A stretch of 36,385 bases of DNA from assembly GCA_001795165.1 (NCBI GenBank), contig MGNS01000150.1, positions 49,114-85,498 on the forward strand. Reading direction: 5' to 3'. The DNA comes from Chloroflexi bacterium RBG_16_57_11 (lineage in GTDB: Bacteria > Chloroflexota > Anaerolineae > Anaerolineales > UBA4823). This document shows, in pieces, positions 1 to 8,295 of this stretch. The notes under the pieces were generated by a model that made no database searches, had not been told where the DNA came from, and saw only the letters and a program-made list of their open reading frames with translations. Numbering within the stretch: the first letter of the stretch is position 1; each line of letters opens with the position of its first letter. The position numbers and the translations under genes were made by a program.

Positions 1-1
1 T

Positions 2-256
2 CGCAAAGAGAAGGCAGATCAGGCGGAGCTGCTCAAACTGGATTATCCAACCCATTTGTGGATGGAGAAGGAGATCAAGAGCGTGGCCAATGTCAGTCGC
101 CGCGATGTGAGCGAATTCCTCGAGCTGGCTGGACGGATACCCATCCGCCCAGAATATCAGGAATACAAGCTGGAGCAGGCTAACCTGGCCTTGGTGGAAT
201 TGAAGCAGCGCAAGATCCGAGGGGCGAAAGTGCTTTCCATGGCTGGTCTGCACTAA
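2..256 (+). CDS. Zinc-type alcohol dehydrogenase family protein, C-terminal fragment (5' end outside window)
   Basis: Frame 2 is open from the window edge. The translation ...LWMEKEIKSVANVSRRDVSEFLELAGRIPIRPEYQEYKLEQANLALVELKQRKIRGAKVL matches the typical C-terminal region of medium-chain Zn-ADHs. Confidence 0.6.
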   Translation, partial: RKEKADQAELLKLDYPTHLWMEKEIKSVANVSRRDVSEFLELAGRIPIRPEYQEYKLEQANLALVELKQRKIRGAKVLSMAGLH

Positions 257-304
257 CTGCTCCTGATTAAGATATTGTTGATGTGTTCTGACTGGTGAAA
301 CCTT

Positions 305-1093
305 ATGGATATTCGAGCTTACAATCGTCAGGCTTGGAATCGCCAGGTTGAGCAAGGCAACCCGTGGACCGTGCCGGTCAGTCCAGAGGTCATTGCAGCC
401 GCGCGGCGCGGCGAATGGTCCATCTTGCTCACACCGACGAAAGCGACGCCTCGGGCCTGGTTCCCGGCAAGCCTGCACGGCCAAAGGGTGTTGTGCCTGG
501 CATCGGCAGGCGGGCAACAAGGGCCGGTGCTGGCAGCCGTAGGGGCGGAGGTCACCGTCCTGGATAACTCGCCTGCACAGCTCGAGCGAGATCGAATGGT
601 TGCAGAAAGGGAAAGCCTGTCCATCCAATTGGTGGAAGGCGACATGGCCGACCTATCCATGTTCCCCGGCCCCAGCTTCGACCTGATTTTCCACCCGGTC
701 TCGAACCTATTCGTCTCTGCCGTACGACAGGTCTGGCGTGAGGCGTACCGGGTGCTACGCCCAGGTGGAGCGCTCCTGGCCGGTTTTGTGAACCCGGTGC
801 ATTACCTCTTCGATTACGATGTGATGGAGCAACACAGTCGGCTAGAAGTCCGCTATACGATCCCTTACTCGGATATTACCAGCCTGGAGGAGGATCGACG
901 AAAGAAATACCTTGATGAAGGTTGGCCCCTTGAGTTCGGTCACAGCCTGGAAGATCAAATCGCAGGCCAGATCGAGGCCGGGTTCTTGTTAGCTGGTTTT
1001 TACGAGGATTACGATCCGGATATCTTGCTCTCCAAATTCATCCCGACTTTCATCGCTACAAGGGCCATTAAACTACTGGCAATAAAAGGATAG
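305..1093 (+). CDS. Class I SAM-dependent methyltransferase
   Basis: ATG start, 262 aa. SAM-binding motif-I-like [28 protein letters not shown], followed by FDLIFHPV and LRPGGALL motifs. Confidence 0.8.
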   Translation: MDIRAYNRQAWNRQVEQGNPWTVPVSPEVIAAARRGEWSILLTPTKATPRAWFPASLHGQRVLCLASAGGQQGPVLAAVGAEVTVLDNSPAQLERDRMVAERESLSIQLVEGDMADLSMFPGPSFDLIFHPVSNLFVSAVRQVWREAYRVLRPGGALLAGFVNPVHYLFDYDVMEQHSRLEVRYTIPYSDITSLEEDRRKKYLDEGWPLEFGHSLEDQIAGQIEAGFLLAGFYEDYDPDILLSKFIPTFIATRAIKLLAIKG

Positions 1094-1096
1094 GCT

Positions 1097-1444
1097 ATGC
1101 AAAACCGGCGAAAATTCAAGCGTACTTATCTCGTCTTGTTCACCCGCCTGTTCGACCGTGATACGGGTAAGATTCTGGGTCAACTGGCTAACCTGACTCC
1201 TGAAGGCGCCTTGATCATCGGTGAAACGCCTCTAGAGATTGGCAAGCTGTATCACCTTCAGATGAATCTAACGAAAGCTTTATTCTCGAAGGGACATCTG
1301 GAGTTCGATGCGCGCTGTATCTGGAGCAAGCCAGAAGCGATCGCCCCTCAATTTTATAATACAGGCTTTGAATTCGTGAAAATCTCTCCGAAAGATTTGC
1401 AAATCATGACCCAGATCATGAAGGAGTATGAGCTTCATCTGTAG
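1097..1444 (+). CDS. PilZ domain protein (putative c-di-GMP receptor)
   Basis: 115 aa. N-terminal RRKFKR (RxxxR) and NLTPEG ((D/N)x(S/T)xxG) PilZ signature. AAGGA Shine-Dalgarno 6 nt upstream of the ATG. Confidence 0.7.
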   Translation: MQNRRKFKRTYLVLFTRLFDRDTGKILGQLANLTPEGALIIGETPLEIGKLYHLQMNLTKALFSKGHLEFDARCIWSKPEAIAPQFYNTGFEFVKISPKDLQIMTQIMKEYELHL

Positions 1445-1512
1445 GTAAAGCGTAAAACAAAAATCCCCCTGCGTAAACAAGGGGATTCCTGGATCAAAGG
1501 TGAATACTTTTG

Positions 1513-2691
1513 TCAGACACTATCTGGCACGGGGTTAGCAGCACAGCTTCGAGCAACAGTCAAGGCCTCACTCGATGAAACGATCACATAATCGACATCG
1601 GTGTCTTTCAGCGTCGGATAGAGAGGCAAAGTAACTTCTCGACGGGCTACTGCTTCTGTAATCGGAAGCGAAATACCAGGATAACGCTTGCGATAATAGC
1701 TAAAATGGTGAATCGGTGGATAATGGATGCTGGTCTGAATTCCTCTCGCGCGCATAGCATCCATAAACACCTGGCGATCAGCATCCTCCGGGAGCAGAAT
1801 CGGAAAGATATGGCAGGATGAAACTCCGGTAGAATTTAAAAATGGCAGTTCGACGCCGGCAAATTCTTTACCTTTTATACCTTGCCGGTAACGCGCGGTG
1901 ATCACCTGACGACGGGCGTTATTTTTAGCCAATTTGTGCAACTGCACCAAACCGAGCGCCGAGCGGATTTCATCGATGCGATAGTTGTGCCCAAGGGCAA
2001 CCACATCATACGTGTAAGCATGACCGTGGTAACGGTCCCAGGTAAGGGTGGTCATTCCGTGCGAGCGCAGAGAGCGTACTTTAGCTGCCAGGTCATCACG
2101 GTTCGTGACCACCATACCGCCTTCGCCAGTAGCAAGGTTCTTATTTGAGAAAAAACTGAAACAACCGATATCCCCCCAGGTGCCCAGGGAGCGGTCATCG
2201 ATCGCAGCACCCGGAGCATGAGCAGCGTCTTCCACGATAACCAGGTTGTGACACCTGGCTATCTCTACGATCTCGGGCATCCGACAGGGGTAACCACCAT
2301 AATGAACTAGAAAGATAGCCTTAGTTTGGGATGTGATCTGTTTCTCGATCTCTTGCGGTGAGACGTTCAGATTCTCATCCCCAATAATGTCGGCAAAATG
2401 GACCTCGGCGTTGGTGTAGAGCACTGCGTTGGCGGTTGCCACAAAGGTCAGGGCTGGTACGATTACCTCGTCGCCAGGCCCAATCCCCAGCGCCAGGGCA
2501 GCCAGATGCAAGGCATCTGTGCCGTTTGAGACTGCAATAGCGTTATTTGCTCCCACAAAATCGGCGAACTCTTTTTCAAATTCCTGGGTTATGGCGCCCA
2601 TTGTCAACCAGCGCCGCCGGAGTACATCAAGGACTGCTTGTTCTTCCTCAGGACCAAAATCTAGATCCGAAAGTGGTATGCGCAGTTCCAT
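1513..2691 (-). CDS. DegT/DnrJ/EryC1/StrS family PLP-dependent sugar aminotransferase
   Basis: 392 aa. NGTDALHLA, the FSFFSNKNLATGEGG lysine motif and overall family-typical sequence. Confidence 0.9.
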   Translation of the reverse strand: MELRIPLSDLDFGPEEEQAVLDVLRRRWLTMGAITQEFEKEFADFVGANNAIAVSNGTDALHLAALALGIGPGDEVIVPALTFVATANAVLYTNAEVHFADIIGDENLNVSPQEIEKQITSQTKAIFLVHYGGYPCRMPEIVEIARCHNLVIVEDAAHAPGAAIDDRSLGTWGDIGCFSFFSNKNLATGEGGMVVTNRDDLAAKVRSLRSHGMTTLTWDRYHGHAYTYDVVALGHNYRIDEIRSALGLVQLHKLAKNNARRQVITARYRQGIKGKEFAGVELPFLNSTGVSSCHIFPILLPEDADRQVFMDAMRARGIQTSIHYPPIHHFSYYRKRYPGISLPITEAVARREVTLPLYPTLKDTDVDYVIVSSSEALTVARSCAANPVPDSV

Positions 2692-2790
2692 ATTTTCTCT
2701 ACTTTTTTCTAACAGAATATCCAGAATAATAAACGGTTGCAGGCAGTCTGCATCAACTAGAGCAGCTCGTTCATGATTAAAGGGGAGAGC

Positions 2791-3552
2791 TCAAAGGTTA
2801 TTAACTATCGGCACATGTTCCAACTGAGCTCTGGTTGGCTCAAAACCATCACCTAACAAAATTGGTCGCAGCTGGTCGAACTCAGTCACGGCTTGCTCGT
2901 AATCACTGATGCGACCCAAATCCATCCAGTAACCCTGGTAAGGATAGCTCATGACACGCTCACCTGCTTGGATCAACTTCAGCACCAGGTCAGGAAAGTC
3001 CAGGTACTTGTAATGGGGAATGTACGAAAGCACACACGGTTCAAAAACATAGATCCCCATGCTGACGTAGAAATCATAGGTCGGCTTTTCAATATACCCA
3101 ACAACTTCATAATCTTGATTGATTTGGATGACGCCGAAATCGATGCGCGTTTTTCTATCATTTGCGGCGATGGTGGCAATGGCATGATGGCTCCGATGGT
3201 AATCAATCAGGATGCAAAAATCCAGCGTGGTCAGCACATCCCCATTCATGACCAGGAAAGTATCATCCAGCCCATTTAACAAAGAAAGTGGACCAGCGGT
3301 GCCAAGCGGGTGGTCTTCGAAACTGTAGCTGATATGCAACCCCAGGCGCGTGCCATCCTGGAAAAAAGCACGGATCAGCTCAGCCAAATGCCCGACCGTG
3401 ATAATCACTTCATCGATCCCCGAGCGTTTCAACTGGCGCAGCAAAATCTCCAGGATGGGCATATCGCCAATTGGCATGAGTGGCTTCGGTAAGATAGTTG
3501 TGTAAGGAGCCAGGCGGGTACCCTTGCCACCAGTGAGAATAACCGCTTTCAT
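2791..3552 (-). CDS. Sugar-1-phosphate nucleotidyltransferase (NDP-sugar pyrophosphorylase)
   Basis: The internal ATG at 3552 is preceded by GGAGGAAAG. MKAVILTGGKGTRLAPYTTILPKPLMPI is the canonical G-x-G-x-R-L nucleotidyltransferase motif. The longer 3666 start lacks homology. Confidence 0.85.
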   Translation of the reverse strand: MKAVILTGGKGTRLAPYTTILPKPLMPIGDMPILEILLRQLKRSGIDEVIITVGHLAELIRAFFQDGTRLGLHISYSFEDHPLGTAGPLSLLNGLDDTFLVMNGDVLTTLDFCILIDYHRSHHAIATIAANDRKTRIDFGVIQINQDYEVVGYIEKPTYDFYVSMGIYVFEPCVLSYIPHYKYLDFPDLVLKLIQAGERVMSYPYQGYWMDLGRISDYEQAVTEFDQLRPILLGDGFEPTRAQLEHVPIVNNL

Positions 3553-3610
3553 TTTTTTATCTTTCCTCCGTTTACCGAGATCGGTTAACCTGGACCCGCG
3601 AACATCAAAA

Positions 3611-4624
3611 TTAAATGGCACCAACTGCAGGCGTGTTGTAATATATTTGACTATCCGGATTTTCAATGATGCCCATTCGCAGGCTTGTAAGAATTTCTCG
3701 AATTCCTTGCGGAACTGTCCTGGTTATATCGTAACCAAGCACGTTTTTGATTTTTTCAAAACAGACGCAATAATCCCTTGGATCTTCATCTCTTGGCACA
3801 TATTTAACCTGCCCATCCGGTATTTCCTTCATAATTTCATTAACCACCATCTTTTTTGTGTAATTTTGGGAAGTGTCGCCAACATTAAATATCTCGTAAG
3901 ACACTCTATTGTCTGGAAAGCTTACAACCCTCATTATCGCCTGGGAGATGTCCCTAACGTGACAATATGGTCTCCTAAACTGCTCTCCAAATACCGATAA
4001 TTCCCTGCCTAAAGCAAGCTCCTTAGTAAATTCATTGACGGTCAAATCAAATCTCATCCGCGGTGAGATTCCATAGACGGTAGCAAACCTTAATACTGTC
4101 GGGCAGAACGAATTAATTGTCTTTTGTTTCAATAATATGGTTTCAAATTCCACCTTCAGCTCGGCATATAATGAAATCGGCCTTAAGGGAGATGATTCAT
4201 CGACGAAACCGTTTGGATCTTTCATCTTGCCATAATTGCTACATGTAGAAGCAAATACGAAATTCCTGACCTGGAACCGTATTGCATTCTCAAGGAGATG
4301 AATAGAGGCCTCAAGATTGGTCCGCGTGGCGAGTTCTGGTTCTAATTTACAAGCCGGATCCCCAACGATGGCCGCTAGGTGGACGACTGCGTAAATATCA
4401 TATTGCTTGAAAACATCATCAAGTGCCTTGGAATCCGTGATGTCAATATTGTGAAGAACGAAGTTTGGATCGCCCCAAATATCAACCAGTGATGCACCCC
4501 CAAATTTTAATTTGTCTACGCAGACAACCCGATAACCTTTTTGAAGGAGCATCCGGACCAGTGTCGACCCAATATAACCCGCACCACCAGTTACCAAGAT
4601 CGTCTTATTGTCTCTATGTTTCAT
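3611..4624 (-). CDS. NAD-dependent epimerase/dehydratase (extended SDR)
   Basis: The ATG at 4624 is preceded by GGAGG. ILVTGGAGYIGS Rossmann motif and YAELK (YxxxK) catalytic motif. The start overlaps the stop of the upstream gene. Confidence 0.85.
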   Translation of the reverse strand: MKHRDNKTILVTGGAGYIGSTLVRMLLQKGYRVVCVDKLKFGGASLVDIWGDPNFVLHNIDITDSKALDDVFKQYDIYAVVHLAAIVGDPACKLEPELATRTNLEASIHLLENAIRFQVRNFVFASTCSNYGKMKDPNGFVDESSPLRPISLYAELKVEFETILLKQKTINSFCPTVLRFATVYGISPRMRFDLTVNEFTKELALGRELSVFGEQFRRPYCHVRDISQAIMRVVSFPDNRVSYEIFNVGDTSQNYTKKMVVNEIMKEIPDGQVKYVPRDEDPRDYCVCFEKIKNVLGYDITRTVPQGIREILTSLRMGIIENPDSQIYYNTPAVGAI

Positions 4625-6206
4625 AGCTAGCCTCCGTCTCATCCTCAATCTCCGGAGCACCATATCTCGCCAGGCATCGTTGACAACAAAATTCGGGCTT
4701 TTCCAGGCAATCCTCTCCAGTCGATATATGTACAGGCATATCTTCGAGTAGGTTATTTAATGACCCAAAGATGTCTGGAACCAACATGATCTTAGCTGGA
4801 AGGTCGTAACAAGCCTCTTCGATGGAATGATATTGATTATAGGTAAGACGATGGTCGGCTAAAAATATCAATCCCACATCATGTTTTTTAACAAGCTGGA
4901 TCAGATCCTGGCATGCGCCAACGACTTGTGCGCCGTAGATGCGCATCCCCTTATCCAGCAGATCATCTTCCACAAAACCAACCACCTGAAACTTCCTGGC
5001 ATATGTCGGGTGATCTAAAAGCCAGGCGATATGCTCAGCAGTCCTCCCAGATCCAACAATTAACACTCGTTCTCGAGCCTCCGATGCACCACCTGTACGA
5101 CGCAAGATCGAAACAAGTAGCGCTGTAATCAAACGACTGCGGTACCTGACCAGATTAAACCCACCAAGTGCAATTATGGATGCCACGATAACCAAAACCC
5201 AAGGGAGTAAGGTCATCTGCCAATTAGCCAGGCTTGCGATTATGAAAGCGATTAGCCAGGCGGGTAACAGGTCATACGCGTCAGCAAATGAGGCTTTTGA
5301 CCAGGCGATGCGATTCACGCCCAAGATTGCACCAATTAAGCTAAATATTGTAGCAAACCCAAAGGCTATGGCAGCGGCTTTAATCCATCCAATATGCAAT
5401 GGTCCAAAGGCACGCCAGATAAGCCCAGTAAGGCTGATGGCGGTAAAAGTGACCAACAAATCGATTGTGAACCAGTTCAGATACCGGTGGATCAATCGAG
5501 AAAACGGACCCACAAACAGTAAATCTTCCGGAAGAGATTTGGAGCCTATTTTGGGTATGAGAATCAACGCAGTCCATAAAAGGATATCCAGATCGAGGCC
5601 AAACGAGCGATAACGGACGTATAGCTGGTCCAATCGCATTTTGTCAGGACCCAAATCCTGGATATATTTTTGTAACACACCACTATATGTCAGCAACGCC
5701 TCCTCATTATGATATTGGATAGAGGCTGGACTCGTAATTCCGGGCCGTACTGAGAGAACTTCTTCCCATATATTACGCGGCCAGGTCATTGCAATCGAGG
5801 GGTCTTCCGGGCGCGGCCCCACCAGGCTCATTTCCCCTTTCAGGACATTCCAAAACTGAGGTAATTCATTCAGCTTCGTATCGCGCAACCAACGACCAAG
5901 ACGGGTAACCCGCGGGTCGTCATGGGCGGTGACCCGGGGACCAGCATAGCTGGCTGGGTCTTCGTACATCGTGCGGAACTTGAGCATTTTAAAAGGTTTC
6001 CCCCCACGACCCACTCGAACGCCGCGATAGATTGCCGGACCAGAAGAATTACGACAAATAGCAAATGCGATGAGCCCTAAGAACGGGGCAAGGATGATCA
6101 ACACAAAGGCTGAAATGACAACATCGAAAGCCCTCTTGATCGCATCGCGAAACCGATTAACATCGTGGGTTATAACAGATGGAAAATCAAATGTTCTTGT
6201 GAACAT
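4614..6206 (-). CDS. Polyprenyl-phosphate phosphoglycosyl transferase (Bac_transf family) with a C-terminal 4-TM plus CoA-binding-like Rossmann module
   Basis: 530 aa. The N-terminal ~210 aa carry KRAFDVVISAFVLIILAPF..., KMLKFRTM and LNELPQFWNVLKGEMSLVGPRPE. Hydrophobic helices follow, then RVLIVGSGRTAEHIAWLL. Confidence 0.85.
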   Translation of the reverse strand: MFTRTFDFPSVITHDVNRFRDAIKRAFDVVISAFVLIILAPFLGLIAFAICRNSSGPAIYRGVRVGRGGKPFKMLKFRTMYEDPASYAGPRVTAHDDPRVTRLGRWLRDTKLNELPQFWNVLKGEMSLVGPRPEDPSIAMTWPRNIWEEVLSVRPGITSPASIQYHNEEALLTYSGVLQKYIQDLGPDKMRLDQLYVRYRSFGLDLDILLWTALILIPKIGSKSLPEDLLFVGPFSRLIHRYLNWFTIDLLVTFTAISLTGLIWRAFGPLHIGWIKAAAIAFGFATIFSLIGAILGVNRIAWSKASFADAYDLLPAWLIAFIIASLANWQMTLLPWVLVIVASIIALGGFNLVRYRSRLITALLVSILRRTGGASEARERVLIVGSGRTAEHIAWLLDHPTYARKFQVVGFVEDDLLDKGMRIYGAQVVGACQDLIQLVKKHDVGLIFLADHRLTYNQYHSIEEACYDLPAKIMLVPDIFGSLNNLLEDMPVHISTGEDCLEKPEFCCQRCLARYGAPEIEDETEASYET

Positions 6207-6279
6207 CGCCTACCCCAATCATCCAAACTGTCGGTTTATAGACCCTTTTTATTAATCCTTCATGTATATTTATAGTAAA

Positions 6280-6540
6280 CTGGATTTTATGGAGCCCAGG
6301 TTCTCTTCCCAGCAGGGAGGTGCAATTACGCGGCTCGACAGCCACAATCTTCACCTTAGGGTTCATCTCTATCAGGAACTTACCGATGCCTTGCAGAGTA
6401 CCGCCGCTGCCGATTCCCGCCACAAAGACATCAACCTCACCATTGACATCTTGCCAGATTTCCGGTCCAGTCTGCTGATAATGGACCTCGGGGTTGCGAG
6501 GATTGGCGAACTGATTAACCACAAAATTTCGTGTTTCTAC
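6280..6540 (-). pseudogene. Internal fragment of a cysteine synthase (CysK/CysM family) gene
   Basis: The translation ETRNFVVNQFANPRNPEVHYQQTGPEIWQDVNGEVDVFVAGIGSGGTLQGIGKFLIEMNPKVKIVAVEP...GLHKIQ matches only the central ~87 residues of a ~310-aa enzyme. It is bounded by an upstream stop and AT-rich non-homologous sequence. Confidence 0.6.
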
Positions 6541-7100
6541 GGAGTTTCAATCCTTTCAAGCCACTCTTCACGCCAGAACAAATGACAGCAACGGTCACAG
6601 CGACCAAAAACCGGCGTACCTTTACAGAGGATGTCCTTCAGCAGGACAACCCCTTTCACCTTCTTTACTTTATAATCGCGCTCATCCAGGAAGCGTTCCA
6701 TCGGTTGGAGCACCTGCTGGGTTGTTCCGCAGTACTGCCACATATATTCCAGGAAAGCGCAACCTTTTTGCTCTTTCCATCTGTCCAAGGTGGCTTCGAT
6801 CTCCTCCCGAGGGCGGACCAGGACCCAATCTCCTACATTCAAATGAGCAGTTGTTGAATTAACCACTGGAGTAGTCGTAGGATCAGCCGTCGCCGTAAAC
6901 CGGGAAGACCAACCTGCAGACCAGCGCGTAAATCGCTTTAACCACTTTTTGACGCAATGGTTCCAGGGGCTGGCAAATTTACGTTTAAGCCGCTTTACGA
7001 AAGGTTGAGGGCCAACCTCAGCAGTGCCTTCAGCAAAGCGAGGCAGGCAATGAAGCTGGCATTCTCTCAAGCCAGCCAACGGATCACCCATTTCAGGCAT
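6537..7100 (-). CDS. Hypothetical protein with a basic N-terminal region and a Cys-rich C-terminus
   Basis: Long ORF co-directional with and overlapping the upstream gene. C-terminal CKGTPVFGRCDRCCHLFWREEWL cluster. The start is uncertain (7100, 7091 or 7133). I recognise no family. Confidence 0.55.
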   Translation of the reverse strand: MPEMGDPLAGLRECQLHCLPRFAEGTAEVGPQPFVKRLKRKFASPWNHCVKKWLKRFTRWSAGWSSRFTATADPTTTPVVNSTTAHLNVGDWVLVRPREEIEATLDRWKEQKGCAFLEYMWQYCGTTQQVLQPMERFLDERDYKVKKVKGVVLLKDILCKGTPVFGRCDRCCHLFWREEWLERIETP

Positions 7101-8082
7101 GTGTGTTAACTCCTTGGGTAGTTCCCTGTTCAAAGACAGGCTGAGGACTAAGGAAAATCGTCTTGTACTCGGCCAAGCAATCCGGCCATTCCTGTTTATC
7201 TATCGGGAGCTTTCCTTGCAGGCTGAAGCGGAGCATGCCTTCTAATTTTGCTAAGGTGGCGTTGCTATGATTGCGCATTAACAATCTTGAAACGAGTGTG
7301 TGAGCCAATGGATTGGCGAAAGGCTCAAGCCAGGGATGAAACATCACATGCTGCCGGACGGGTTTTGCCGTGTAGCCCATACGGAATTTGAACTGGTCAA
7401 CGCTACACGGCGCATCCAATGAATGCAGGCAGAAGAAAACGCGAGATACCCCATGGCGGTTGATCGCCTGATGGGTGACGTAGTAAAAAATTGCATTGTT
7501 CACACGGTTTTCCAAGAATTCCGTGGCACTTTGCTCGAGCGGAAGGGTATATACATCATCGCATTGGAACGCCAGAAAAGTCGCGGCTAATTTTCCGTCG
7601 TGGGTCGCGGCCCAAACTTCAAAACCAGGCAAGCCTTCTGCACTCGTGCACATCCGGCGCCAATTTTCTTCGCTTTCAGCACCCACCCTCCCCTGGCGTT
7701 CTAAAGTATCCTGGCGAAGCCGCCAGCCTTCTTCCGCAAACCTGGCAAGGGAGATCTGCTCGAAACTGGCGAACTCGAGCCCGCGCCGGACGTTCTGCTT
7801 CGCTTGCCTGCTCAAAGTCGCCAGATCGTAATGGCTATTTTCGCAAACCACATGGTAGCTTACCATCCCGTGCCTGCTGTTAATGGGAGCGGAATAGCGC
7901 AGCGCAATCGCGTTGTGGTCCAGAAGAAGATTTCTGAGCTCTGCCTCTGTAGGTTCGATGGTCCAATGGTAGGGATAAGCCTGGAAAACGCGCGGCCCGG
8001 CGTCGTACCAATAACTGCTCTCGGTGCGAATGACCTGGTGCCCCTGGCGGCGCATCCATTCGGCATAGATGTCAGCGTTCAT
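7093..8082 (-). CDS. FemAB/CelD-like GNAT-fold acyltransferase (putative)
   Basis: 329 aa, ATG preceded by AGGAGAAG. The central and C-terminal pattern (GFEVWAATHDGKLAATFLAF..., NNAIFYYVTHQAINRHGVSRVFF, VDQFKFRMGY) resembles the Acetyltransf_6/FemAB-related proteins found in EPS loci. Confidence 0.5.
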   Translation of the reverse strand: MNADIYAEWMRRQGHQVIRTESSYWYDAGPRVFQAYPYHWTIEPTEAELRNLLLDHNAIALRYSAPINSRHGMVSYHVVCENSHYDLATLSRQAKQNVRRGLEFASFEQISLARFAEEGWRLRQDTLERQGRVGAESEENWRRMCTSAEGLPGFEVWAATHDGKLAATFLAFQCDDVYTLPLEQSATEFLENRVNNAIFYYVTHQAINRHGVSRVFFCLHSLDAPCSVDQFKFRMGYTAKPVRQHVMFHPWLEPFANPLAHTLVSRLLMRNHSNATLAKLEGMLRFSLQGKLPIDKQEWPDCLAEYKTIFLSPQPVFEQGTTQGVNTHA

Positions 8083-8295
8083 GGCTCTTCTCCTATCCCT
8101 TTTGGGTCAAGGCAACTTCTAACAATAAATATTCAAACTATTCGGTCATCAGAACTACGGCGCTGACATTTTTAGGCGCGTAAAAATTGCGCCATCAACC
8201 TGACATACATAGGTGGGGGCAATCCTGGTTCATAATCATATTAATGTAATGAGAATTAATTCCAGTATATAATGAATTTATGGGATAAGCACACC

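Noticed and set aside
328-660. Overlapping ORFs (328-660 minus, 348-542 and 364-567 plus) inside the methyltransferase gene
   Set aside because: These are alternative-frame artefacts of a GC-rich gene whose main frame has clear SAM-methyltransferase motifs.
1462-1487. AATCCCC...GGGGATT hairpin between the convergent PilZ and DegT genes as a terminator
   Set aside because: The stem is only 7 bp with a 12-nt loop and has no clear T-tract on either strand. That is too weak to annotate.
6187-6522. 111-aa ORF as an intact gene
   Set aside because: Only the central part matches cysteine synthase. The N- and C-terminal thirds of the enzyme are missing and the ORF tail is non-homologous. It is annotated as a gene relic instead.
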